A stretch of 64,000 nt of DNA from the human T2T-CHM13v2.0 reference genome, Homo sapiens: NCBI RefSeq assembly GCF_009914755.1, contig NC_060927.1; one strand, written 5' to 3'. Positions 1-13,375 of the stretch are shown piece by piece. Positions within the stretch are counted from its first letter, which is position 1; each line of letters begins with the position of its first letter. The notes beneath the pieces were generated by a model, which saw only the letters and a list, made by a program, of their open reading frames with translations, ran no database searches and was not told the origin of the DNA. The translations under genes and the position numbers were made by a program.

Positions 1-150
1 AGAGAAAGAAAGGGCCAAAAAGAATATTAGAAGACATAATGATCAGTGATAAATACTAATCTCCACATTCAAGCTCAATAATTTCCAAGTAAAATAACTC
101 AATGACAACTGCACTTAGACACATTATAATGAAACTGTTGAAAGCCAAAT
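1..150 (+). mobile_element. Old LINE-1 (L1M) ORF1 fragment
   Basis: A-rich, contains 'agacacattataatgaaactgttgaaagccaaa', typical of L1M ORF1 sense. Confidence 0.55.
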
Positions 151-1965
<1,815 letters not shown>

Positions 1966-2239
1966 GTCTTCCATATGCATTTTAAACGATGATCAAAATC
2001 AGTGGTAATAATCAACAAATAGGATAAATCAAACTTTCCAGATAGTCACGTGCAGCAACAATTTCCATTGGTATCTCCTGATTGCCCAGCCTATAGGCAC
2101 TATCACAACGGAAAGGCAGGGCCATAAAAGAAACCAGAATCCCCCTTCTTTGCAATGCTGGAGTTACTTTTCTACCCTGAGCACAGCTTCAATTTGATAA
2201 GAAACTTTAAATTGCAAAAGATAAGATTAGGTGTTTATT

Positions 2240-3200
2240 TTAAAAACTTTATTGGCTATTTGTTACATTTACTTTTCTATATGCAGTTTAGAGTTACGTG
2301 TCAAGTTCCATAAAAATTCCTACAATGGTTTTGATTGAGATGCACTGAATTCCTAGATTAATTTGGTGAGAACTAATCTATTTACAATATTAAGATTTTC
2401 CATCCATGGACATTTTATATCTTGCATATGTACAGTTTTTAAATGACTCTTAGTAAAGTTTTATACTTATCTTTATAAATTTTTTGCATATTTCTTTTTA
2501 GATTTAGTTGTAGGTCCATACAGTTATTGTACCTGTTGTGAATATTTTAAAAATCAACTATATTTTTTATTATTAGTGTTGGGTTTGGGCTGCTGATCTA
2601 TTATCTAATAGATCTAATAGATGCTGATTTACTAGATGTCTACTTTTGAGTTTCATTTTTAAGTGCTAATACTGTTTTTCTAATTTTTCTAAGGCTTAAT
2701 GAAATTATTACATTTAACAAATCAATGACAGCTTTACTTCTTACTTTAAAATCTATGTGACTCCAATTTACTTTTTGAATTTAAAACAATGTTAAAAATT
2801 GTGGCGATGGTGGCATCCTCAACTGTTTTTCTATTGAAAAGTTTTGTTGTTAAGGTATGTTACGTTTTGTATATAGTTTTTATCAGGCTAAGGAAGTGTC
2901 TTTATATTACAAATAACTTTTTAAATGAATAAATGCTAAGCTTCATCTTTTTTCAGAATCTGTAAAGATACTTCTCTTTTAATCTGGTTATTAAACAGGT
3001 TGCTACTTAATTTTATTAATACCTTTTCCTCCTAATGGTTGATTATTTTCTAAACTTTGAACTAAAAAAAATAATTTTTACTCTCTGTTCCCTTAAATAC
3101 ACTGCTGGATATGATATGCCAATATTTTAAATTGTTTTCCATTTTTATACATAAAGTGAGGTTAATCTGTAATGTCATTTTGTTTTGATGTATTTTCTCG
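2240..3200 (-). mobile_element. Highly diverged LINE-1 ORF2 fragment (L1M)
   Basis: 'ttttgattgagatgcactgaattcctagattaatttggtgagaact...tacaatattaag' matches antisense L1 ORF2. Confidence 0.65.
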
Positions 3201-4069
3201 TGTTAGCATTGATTAGCATCTTACCATAGTCATAATTTCTCACACCTTTATTCACCTTTGAATTATAAACTCTCCAGATTTTTCATTGCTCAGAAATTAT
3301 GGGTCTCAGTAGGTACCATAATATTAAACGAAGAGATCTAAACAGTGCTTTTAAAAGTTCATTTCTCTGCATTCACAAATTTATCTTAAGTTAATATTCA
3401 GTATCAGTTACTTTAATGTAGAGATCCATTTCTAATGTTCTTATATATAGTCAGTCATTACATCTCTTGTATTTTTATAATATACTCAATTTTCATAAAT
3501 GGATCATGGGACATTAATTGATATCTCTTTTTGGGGTCGTAAACAAGACTTTTATTTCTACCTGTATGATACAATGCAGGACATGAAAAAGGAGATCGCT
3601 ACCTTTCCCTTTCTCTTCTGTTTTTAAATTCTGAGATAAATTTTATCCTTTTGTGTGTTCAGTGTCCATAGCAGTGACAAACTAACTTATACTTAAGATA
3701 TGTGAGTTAGATAGCTGGTTTATATAAAGTACATTCTTTAAAAGAGAAGATAAGCAGAAATGAGATTCATAGCAGGGAAATTCTAACTCTTCATCCAAGA
3801 ATCACTTTCTTCTCTTCTGAAAAATGAAACACGAGAACTTTCACTTAACACTTACCTCCATAAGAAACTCACAAACTTAGTAAAACATTTGTTCATGAAC
3901 TCTTATTATGTGTGTGAAAACAGTGGCTTATGTATCCAGCTTTAACTATCATCTCTGCTCTCAGTTCATATATAGTGCAAGGAACTCCCAAAGTGGTTTC
4001 TACTTCACTCCAGTGGGATATGAAAGTAATTCTTTCTACCAACCCCCCAAAAAATTATGATAGAAAGAG

Positions 4070-4240
4070 AATTAACCTAGCAACCAGGACATCCAATTAA
4101 CCTTCTATCTTTATCACTAAATGTAGTGAGACATTGGGCAAGGGGCATTTTTATGTCTCCAAATACTCCTTCCATATAAAATGAGGGGTTTGAAATAGAC
4201 ACCTCCAAGGTCTGCTCCATATGTAGAATCCTATGATATT
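4070..4240 (+). mobile_element. MIR fragment
   Basis: 'gacattgggcaag...tccatataaaatgagggg...tccaaggtc' resembles the MIR core and 3' part. Confidence 0.45.
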
Positions 4241-4640
4241 GTATTGATTAGAGCCATAATATGTAAGTGTTAGTTGATAGCTTAAAACTGGAAGTTTAAC
4301 CTTTATCTTAGAGACACATTTGATGTTGAAATTAGCTGATATATATTTGAAAGAGCTTAGCTTTGATCTAGTGCATAGACTCAAAACAGCATGATGTCTT
4401 TTAAATATAACTTAAACATAAAATGACAGTCTGAAGGGAGAATTACTGTTAGGTCCAATTTTTAAAAAGGAGTGTATATTGCAATTGCATCCTTTATTAA
4501 CCAGAAACTCAGAGTCCTTATAAAATGTGGACCCTAGTTTGTCTGTTTTATTCTAAGAAGAGTCTTATACAGAGCTTCAACTAATAGTTGTAATAAAGTA
4601 TAATTAAGAATTCAAGATTTACCACAAATATATACCTTTT

Positions 4641-4684
4641 GTGTTTGTGCTTGTGTGTGTGTGTGTGTGTGTGCGTGTGTGTGT
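4641..4684. repeat. (TG)n microsatellite at the Alu tail
   Basis: Direct reading: about 20 imperfect TG units. Confidence 0.9.
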
Positions 4685-4686
4685 AT

Positions 4687-4853
4687 TAGAGACAGGGTCT
4701 CACTTTGTTGCCCGAGCTGGAGTTCAGTGGTGCTATCACGACTCCCTGCAGCCTTGGTCTCCCAGGCTCAAGTGATCCTCTCACCTCAGTCACCCAAGTA
4801 GTTGGGATACAGATGCACACCACCCTGTCCAGCAAACTTTTTTAAATTTTTGG
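4687..4853 (-). mobile_element. AluJ right arm
   Basis: 'gagacagggtctcactttgttgccc...ggctcaagtgatcctctcacctcag' (J-type), ending in the T-rich linker. Confidence 0.85.
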
Positions 4854-4857
4854 AATG

Positions 4858-5400
4858 GTTAATTTTTAAATATTGTGGGTACACTGTAGGTTTATATAGT
4901 TATGGGTTACATGATATGTTTTGATACAGGTACACAATGTACAATAATCACATAAGGATAAGCAGGGTATCTATCCCCTTGAACATTTATCCTTTGTGTT
5001 ACAAACAATCCAATTATACTCTTTTAGTTATTTTTAAATGTACAATTAAATTATTATTGACTATAGTCACCCTGTTGGGCTAGCAAATAATAGGTCTTAT
5101 TTATTCTTCCTATATTTTGTACTCATTAACCATTCCAACTTCCCCCCCAACTGCCCCCTCACTACCTTTCCTGGCCTCTAGTAACCATTCTTCTACTCTT
5201 ATCTCCATGAATTCAATTGTTTTAATTTCTAACTCCCACAAATAAGTGAGAACATGCAGTTTGTCTTTCTGTGCCTGGCTTGTTTCACATATCATAACAA
5301 CCTCCAGTTTTATCCATGTGGTTGCAAATGACAAGATGTCATTCTTTTTTACTCCACTGTATATATGTACCACACTTTCTTTATCCATTCATATGTTGTC
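4858..5400 (-). mobile_element. LINE-1 3' end (L1MA-type)
   Basis: Antisense 3'UTR 'catttatcctttgtgttacaaacaatccaattatactc'; ORF 5110..5388 (-) has an L1 ORF2 C-terminal-like 'ILSFATTWIKLE'. Confidence 0.85.
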
Positions 5401-5404
5401 ATAT

Positions 5405-5794
5405 TTTCTCCCTCCCTCCCTCTCTCCTTCCCTTCCTTTTTTCCTTCCTTCCTTCCTTTCCTTCCTTCTATCTCTCTTCTCTCTCTTTCTCTCTTCCCTC
5501 TCTTTCCTTCCTTCCTTTGTTTCCTTCCTTCTCTCTCTCTTTCTCTCTTCTCTCTTTCCTTCCTTCCTTTCTTTCTTCCTTCCTTCCTCCCTCCCTCCCT
5601 CCCTTCCTTCCTTCCTTCCCTCCCTTCCCTTCCCTTTCCTTCCTTCCTTCCTTTCTTCCCTCTCTCTTCTCTCTTTTTTCTCTCTTCTCTCTCCTTCCTT
5701 CCTTCCCTTCCCTTCCTTCCTCCCTTCTTTTCTTTTTTCTTTTTTTTTCTTTTATTTTTCTTTTCTCTTATTTTCTTTCTTTCTTTCTTTTTTT
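5405..5794. repeat. ~390-bp polypyrimidine (CCTT/CT/T) low-complexity tract
   Basis: Almost exclusively C/T on the + strand; source of four spurious S/F/L/P or K/R/E/G ORFs. Confidence 0.95.
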
Positions 5795-5942
5795 GGTAGA
5801 GATGAGGGTTTCTACCAGAGACCATGGAGGGTCTCTCCATCTCGCCCAGGCTGGTTTCACACTCCTAGGCTAAGGGATCCTTCTGCCTCAGACTCCCAGA
5901 CTGCTGAGATTATGGGTGTGAGTCGCTGCTCCTGGCCTAGCC
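5791..5942 (-). mobile_element. AluJ left arm / FLAM
   Basis: 'cccaggctggtttcacactcctagg...ctgctgagattatgggtgtgagtc'. Confidence 0.8.
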
Positions 5943-6912
5943 ACTCCATTCAGCCTTATTTTTAAATATTTATTGAATTTAAATACTGAATAATATTTAA
6001 TAAGTATTATTCAATATTTATTACATTGTTAAGCACTTAAATGATTTAAGACTAAATTTAAAACTTGTGATTTCCTTTAATTATGATGAAGTAAGATTAT
6101 AATCTGAAAGAATATTTTATTTAAAATTATGATGGATATCTATATAAATGTAAGATTTACTGACCAAAAATGGAATTCATTTTCAATGTGGATGTTATTT
6201 CCCTATTTGTTAATCTGCAGTGTGATGATAAGTTTCCCATTGGCTTTTATATTTCTTTATTTTTTCCTTTAATTGTATTTATATGAGAAAGATAACTAGG
6301 GACTTCAATTAGGACACATTGGAGGGGTCAGAAACCACATAATGGAATTAAGTCATGAAGTTTGGAGATAGAGGCATTCCAAGAGTGGAGTGACCTTTGA
6401 GAATTTTGTGGTGGAAGTGAAATTTATATAGGTCTCTATTTTGATTTTAGAGTAGAAATAGTGTCGTGATAGTATGATTTATAATAAGAAATATGTATTT
6501 GATCTTCAAACTGTTTTCTGGCACCCAGCTTCTTAAAAGTCTTGAAATCTCCAAAGTGTTAAGTATCTTTTTTATATGCTAATTAGAGGACTGATGGCTG
6601 AGAGCTTCTGGATACCTTCAAGATGGGAACCAAAGGAGCTGAAAGTTGAGTTGAACATCCATGGCCAATGATTTAATCAATCATGCTTAGGTAATGAAAC
6701 CTCCATAAAAATACAATAGGACTGGGTTTGGAGAGCTTCCAAGTTGGTGAATAAGAACATACCCACATTTGAGAGGGAGACGTAACTATATGAGGGAACA
6801 GAAGTTCCTGAGCTTGGAACCCTTCCGACCCTCTGAATCTCACCCTATGTACCTCATAATCTAGTTATTTATTCACATCCTTTAAAATATTCTTTGTAAT
6901 AAATTGGCAATG

Positions 6913-7168
6913 TTTTGGGAAGCCAAGGCAGGAAGATCTCTTGAGTCCAGGGGTTCAAGAACAGCCTGGGCAACATGGCAAAACCCCATCTTTATCAAAA
7001 TAAAATACAAAAATTAGCCAGGAGTAGTGATGCAAACCTGTAGCCCCAGCTACTTAAGAGGCTGAAGTGGGAGGATTGCTTGAGCCAGGAGGTTGAGGTT
7101 GCTGTGAGTCATGATTGTGCCACTGCACCCCAGCCTGGCAACAGAACAGAGCAAAACCTTGCCTCAAA
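6913..7168 (+). mobile_element. AluJ, 5'-truncated
   Basis: 'tttgggaagccaaggcaggaagatctcttgagtccagg...ggaggattgcttgagcc'. Confidence 0.9.
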
Positions 7169-7228
7169 TAGTAATAATGATAATATAATATAATATAATA
7201 TAATATAATATAATATAATATAATATAT
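7169..7228. repeat. (TAATA)n microsatellite derived from the Alu tail
   Basis: Direct reading of tandem TAATA units. Confidence 0.9.
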
Positions 7229-7709
7229 TGATAATAGTAAGTAGAGTGTTGCCATGAGTTCTGTGAAGTGTTTTAGCAAATTCATTCAACCTGAGGAGGA
7301 GGTCATTCCATATTTATAGCTATTTGGTGCGACACACAGGCAAAGCAACCTAAGGTTTGCCATTGGCATGTGAACTGAAGCAGTCCAGTGGGACTGAGTA
7401 TTTCATCTGTGAGATCTGATGCTTACTCCTTGTATATAGTGTCAGAATTGAATTGAATTATATGACAGCCAGTTGGTATCTGCTGGAGAACTGGTTGTTG
7501 GTGGGGAGAAATCTATACAGATTTTGGTTACCAGAAGTGAAACATTGCATTCTGTATTGAGAGTTAGAACAGAAAAAGTATTTTTTTTTAACTCTCTTAC
7601 AGTACAAACTTAGAATAAATTTATATCTTAAAAAAACCATGTGACTCAGAAATAAAACAGCAATAAACAATGAACAAAAAATCCAGAAACAGACATTATC
7701 TAAGTAACT

Positions 7710-8089
7710 TGTTACGGTTTGAGTGTGCCTGCCAAACTTCATGTGTTGGAAAAACATACAACAGTGCTGAGAGGCAGAGCCTTTAAAAGGTGATTAGGTC
7801 ATGAGGGCTCTTCCACCATGAATGGATTAATGCCATTATCACTGGAGTGGGTTATTGTGGGAGCAGATTCCTGATGTAAGGAAGAGTTTGGCACCCTTCC
7901 CTATCTCTTGCACATGTACTGTTTTGTCCTTCCACCATGGGATGATGCAGCAAGAAGGTCCTTGTCAGATGAGGCCCCTCAGTCTTGTACTTCCTGGCCT
8001 CCAGAACTGTGAGCCAAATACATTTCTATTTATTACAGCTTATGCAATCTTGGGGATTCTGTAATAGCATCACAAAACAGACTAAGCCA
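7710..8089 (+). mobile_element. MaLR solo LTR (MST family)
   Basis: TG...CA ends, 'ggtgattaggtcatgagggctc', 'ccagaactgtgagccaaataca'; 5-bp TSD taact at 7705-7709 and 8090-8094. Confidence 0.88.
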
Positions 8090-9505
8090 TAACTTGTTAC
8101 CTAAATTGAACTTACTGACATATCTGAGTTCTGTAAGTATTCTTTGTACTATAATTTTCACCCATTTACAGGTTGTAACTTCCTAAGACTTAGAGAGTTG
8201 GCAAGTAAAACAGTTGACTTAAAAAGTGTGTTGTAATTTGCATTTAAGAGCCAAGAAATGTACCCAAAAAAGAGAAATCACCTACAGAAAATGTATGTTT
8301 TTTTTTTCCCTTGGGTTGGAGTCTCTAGGAAAAAGTCCTTAAAACTATAATAAATGAGGCATAAAATGTGATTGTAATAAAGCCTTTGTCAATAGAGAGA
8401 GTTGCAAATAGTAAGATGAAAGGTTTTCCTTCATTTTCTTTCTCCTGATCTGTGATGAGTATATAATCTAGTCTTAGTTTTGTTCTCAAATCGTACCAAT
8501 GGTTTTAATCAAAATTCACTTAAGGGTGATTATTTAAAAATAAACTTTCGAATGATGTATTGTGCATTTTAAACACTCTCACCTATCATCATCCAGGAAA
8601 ATGTATATATTTATATTTTTTTGTCTCATTAACTACTTTCACATTTTGTCTTCTCCAGCCAGAAGTTTTACTAAAGTGATGGCAAAGAAGAAAACAGATG
8701 CCCAGAATGAATGTGTTACAATATATTGCACAATAGTGATAGCAAATTCCACAAAGCAAATCAGTGACAGACTAGCCTATTTTTTTGTTACTCCATTTTA
8801 TATTCTAGACTCCAAACTATATGTAAAAGAAAATAAGTCATAAAAATCTAAAGTAGTTACAAATACAAAAAGAAGTAAGTAAGGTACACGTAACCAAATA
8901 AGATAAATGAGTTAAAATCTAAAACATATTAATTTAAATTCTGCTGAAATTTAGTAAAGAATACATGATCAAAAACAATATAAGAAAGAATTCTGGACCT
9001 GACATTTCAAATGCCAATTATTGTAGTTTATTTAAATTAATTGATTTCAATTACTCAGAATTAACCTTGCAATTAATAGTTATGTACGTATGTTTTATTT
9101 ATTTATTTAAAATTATTTTCTTATTCAAAGGATTAAAAATAAGCTCATCTGCATTGTACATTTACCTTAACATTATATAAGATAATTGTTAAAAAATAAC
9201 TCTATACCGCCTTGTATTTGAAAAGGAAATACAATTACTTATCAATTACACAAAAATAGAAGTTATTTTCAATTGCACAAAAAGATGATCGCACATATAT
9301 TGCCTTAGTGTCATAATAAACAGCCCAATTATATTATTTATTGTTCTCTCAATAGCAGAGTAGAATCTTAGAAACTTGAGTCCAGGAAACGTGCTTGTGG
9401 ATTTCAAGTTGTGGTGACTTCATTAAAATAACTATTAGATTGTATTATTAGAAATAGATTATTTCTTCCACCATTTTTTCCTTTTTTTTTTTCTTGTACT
9501 TACAG

Positions 9506-9609
9506 TGGGTGGACTTTATACACTTTTCAGTCCGTTTCTCCTATCCTGGACAGTGAATTACAGACTCTGAAGCAGATCTAAAGCAACAGACACAATTGTA
9601 AAAGAGGAG
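9506..9609 (+). other. Candidate non-coding exon (104 nt)
   Basis: Long pyrimidine tract + tacAG acceptor (9504-9505); donor GAG|GTATGA; stops in all three frames. Confidence 0.3.
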
Positions 9610-10899
9610 GTATGAAGTTCGACTATATAAAAATGTTAACTTATTCAAACTTAGTACTGCCTGTGATCTATCCTCAAGAAGGAAGAATGAGGCAGCTACA
9701 GGTCAGAATGCTGCAAGTAATTTGGGAAATGTTAAAAAGAAAAAAGAGAGGAAAAAAGAAAAGCTTCGGAAGAAGTTATATCAGGAAGATAAAATAATAG
9801 TGATGAACTATTCTACATTGTATCATCCATTACACATGCCAAAATACTATAACGTATGAAAGACTCTTGTCAACATACAGTAATGTGATGACTGATACTA
9901 ATTAGACAGGTTTTACTCTACACATAAGTCTGGCTCTTATAGTTCTTGCTACTCATAAACATAAGGGGTTACTGATTCAATGACAGGCAGAATTTCCTGC
10001 TGAACCAGAAAGAAGATAATGGTTTAGAGATTAAATTTGAAAGTGTTAAGTGGGAGACATATTCAAAACAGTTAACACTGATTAATATTTTTGGAGGAAG
10101 AAAATGTTTGTATTAACATGACGGTATTATAGAAAGCGATAGCATTACTTATTGCTTCATTTAGTTATTTACTAAACAACAGGGACATCTGAACTTTTTC
10201 CCAAGTGGAATGAATTTATCTTCCCTCACGCTTTTTGCTAAGAAAAGCACTCCCACGAGAAGTGATTTAAAAAGATAAATACAATCAGGATATTCCATCC
10301 AACTTTTTCTACAAATTAAGTCAGATAGATGTAGAAGACAATACATGTACCTATGTTTAAAAGGATGATTACAAATAAAAACATTTTATGAAAACAGAAA
10401 ATCTCAGTCTACTCAATGTTCTTCTAAAGACAAATTGTTCATAGCACCATTAGTCATAACTCAACTAAATTTCACTATGGGTTTCCAGTGCCCGCATTCT
10501 TGACTTGTTCCTTTGAGGCAATATAAAAGAGAGATTTTACAACGGGCTTGTAAAACATGAGGTCTTATAGGTATTATAAGTTACTATACATATGTATGTA
10601 TTTTGAGTTTAACTGTTTCAGCTGAAGAAATATATTTACTTGATTTTTCCCTTTATTACTAACATTTACCTCCTACTTAGAAAAGTAGACCTGAAAAAAT
10701 AAGAAATTAGAAGTGAAATATTCAAAAATGTCCTCATTCCTACACATTTGTGGTTGCTGTCTATAAATTGTTTTCACTGAAACATTTTCTCTTGGATTTA
10801 ACACTGATAAGGTTCACCTGGAACCCCACAAAACCCTGATAGACTACAATCTTTTGTCTTTATACAGTTTACAATGTGTTTTTTCATAAATGAAACTTC

Positions 10900-10985
10900 A
10901 GTTTATCTCATCAGGAAAACTCTATAAATTATCCCAGGAAACTGAGGCTGAGAGAAATTTAACTAATTTATTTAAGGTCCTAACT
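10900..10985 (-). mobile_element. MIR fragment
   Basis: 'ggaaactgaggctgagagaaatttaactaattt' = MIR core antisense. Confidence 0.5.
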
Positions 10986-11194
10986 TTGTTTCCCATGATA
11001 TTATCCATGGAACACTGACTTTACAAAGGAAAAGAGTAAAGGCAAAAATTGCAGTCAGGTAAAAGAAACAAAAAAAATGTAATCTTTACTTATTTTCGGG
11101 AAAACCAGAGAATGATGACATTTATTCTTAATTATATCTAACTTGACTTGAAATAGTATAACTCTCCTTTTTTCCCTCTCTTGACAATAGCATG

Positions 11195-11280
11195 ACTCTA
11201 CACTTTATTACTATATCCACAGGTGCTAGAAACAGCCTCTGGCGCATAGTAGATACTCAGTAAATATTCACACAATTAAC
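11195..11280 (+). mobile_element. L2 3' end
   Basis: 'gctagaaacagcctctggcgcatagtagatactcagtaaatatt'. Confidence 0.6.
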
Positions 11281-12129
11281 AAGTTGCATTTTGTACCTGT
11301 AAACCTCTAATATTTTAAAACGTCAACTGAATTAAGTGAAGTGTTGAAACTGAACTGCTCATATTCACAAATTGTGAACTAGACATTGTTTAATCCCTTC
11401 AGTGCTGCTCTATTACTGTCACTCTTTGGGATGTTAATGAAATATGTTAATATGTCAAACATCCTGGATGAAAAGTAAATGTGAAATGCAAGATGTGTAT
11501 TATTTTTCTGACTGCAAATGCAATTGAGCACTTCTGTTAAATATGATTCATATTTTGTCTAACACAGAAAATCCCTCACGTTTCTATTCTCTCACACTAT
11601 GCACATTTTAAATACATCTTAAAGGATCAAAAAGCAGCTAGGTGGTATGATATTTATTTTCCTTTAATCCATTGTTATCCCTTTACGTTGCATGGCTATT
11701 CAGTATTTTCCTCAATACCTTGTAGTATTTTAAGCTGTACTTAAAGAAATGCCCTTGAGCATATCTTATTTTCATATGTAGTTTGGTAGACTGTTACAAT
11801 TGTGCTTATTATTTTAAGCAGAATTCATATGTTATTGATGAAAATAAAACTGGCCCCATTTAAAAGTATCACGGCAGTTAAAGTTTATGATAAGATGTGT
11901 GATGAGTTGGTGTGATTGAATCATTACTGAATAGAGACATAAATTTCCAATAGTACCACCACACGGGACTGAAACATATAGAACAGGATGTCTGGCCATG
12001 GGGTGAAGGGAAGGGCGAAGTGTGTGTTCTCTCTTTCACTAGGGGAATGTTTCTCCCACCAAGGCCTTTAACACTCACAGACTGCTTTTCCCTATGGTTG
12101 GTGTCCATTAATCTTACCACCTCCTGCCC

Positions 12130-12142
12130 AGCTGAGTCAGCA
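12130..12142 (-). promoter_or_regulatory. T-MARE / AP-1 motif
   Basis: Minus strand aaaTGCTGACTCAGCt, 12/13 to TGCTGACTCAGCA. Confidence 0.35.
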
Positions 12143-13189
12143 TTTACAGATTCAGCACTTTCTCAACAAGCAAATGGCTCTTTAGTTGTTAGATCTTGCC
12201 CAAGAGAAACACCCTGCACAGTGGGAAATAATCAGGCCTCATACATTTACAATTCAAAAAGGTTAGGTAACAATTTCAGTCAATGTAAATAGGCTTCTTT
12301 GGACACTCCTTATCGCCTAGATGATCTTGATGGTGAGAATGATATGAATGTTTCTCTACCAATATTAAAATTTTAATTCCTCATAAAAGAAACACAAATA
12401 GCTAAAGATGTCCATATATTATCCTGTTGTAAAATAAACCTTCTCATACTATATACACATTTTTGAGTTTCAGGTAGTTTTGATTTATTCCTTTTGTAAA
12501 TATTTAAGAAGATTATTCTATTTTTCTGCTAATAAATGTTTAATCTACTGATATTCCCTTTTCCTCGGATGGAAAAATCTCAACGGTCTTTTGGACAGTC
12601 TTCAATTTCTTTCAAAAATAAAAGAGTGTGATAAATCAGCTGTCATGTATTGGTTAAGAAACAGGCATTTTTAGAAACGTTACAGATTCCTTGATAGACT
12701 AAATTTCAAATATTTCACCTATATTTTCACCTAACTGAAAACAAAATTTTCTAAGTGCATGTTTTCACAGATTGCCGGAGAATAAGCATTTCATTAATTG
12801 ATCCTGGGCTTAAGACTATATCTTTAAAATTTGTACTACAGTTTTGATTATAAATTTGACAGCTAAATGTAAAAGACATATAACCTTAAGAGTACATCTT
12901 ACTGTAGACAGAGCAAAGAAGCAGATACTTTCAAATTTATGGCATTCCCTTAGTGTGTACCATGTATTCGACTCTTAAAAATAGTTTTCTACAGCTTCCG
13001 TTTTATATTCCTTGATTTAGTATGTTCCTTAGGTTGATAAACCAATCCTTGAGAGCAAGTGCCATACCTTGCTCATGTGTTAATAAACATAGTGACATCT
13101 CGCATAAATGATATGTAATAATGTTTATTGGATTTAGTGACAGGGAAAAGTGCTCTCTGGCCTTGCCATTACGAATGCATGCCTCTACT

Positions 13190-13375
13190 AATCACTCTCA
13201 AACTTTAGTGTTAGGGATTTTTTGCAAGATGCTTGTATAAAATGCAGATTCAGCTGTCTCATATGCAGTTATTCTTGTTTAGTAGGCCTGAGTATGGCTT
13301 CAGAATCTGAACTTGTACAAACATCATGATAATACTGACACAAGTGTTTCCTGAAGAGTGCTTTGAAAAATACTG
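13190..13375. mobile_element. MER5-type hAT DNA transposon fossil
   Basis: 'ctctcaaacttt...aaaatgcagattc...cagaatctg...ctttgaaaaatactg'. Confidence 0.55.

Larger units (their letters stand above)
6463..7570 (+). mobile_element. MER21-type solo LTR interrupted by AluJ
   Basis: 'ataataagaaatatgtatttgatcttc', 'ggccaatgatttaatcaatcatgc...aatgaaacctccataaaa', AATAAA near 6898; resumes after the Alu tail at ~7235. Confidence 0.75.

Noticed and set aside
4858-5400. Idea that this L1MA 3' end is the displaced tail of the 3'-less L1 at 50370-56429
   Set aside because: No shared TSD or junction evidence; common 5'-truncated insertions explain it
5246-5965. Longest ORFs (239, 185, 163 and 144 aa)
   Set aside because: Translations of the CT low-complexity tract plus L1/Alu flanks; not genes
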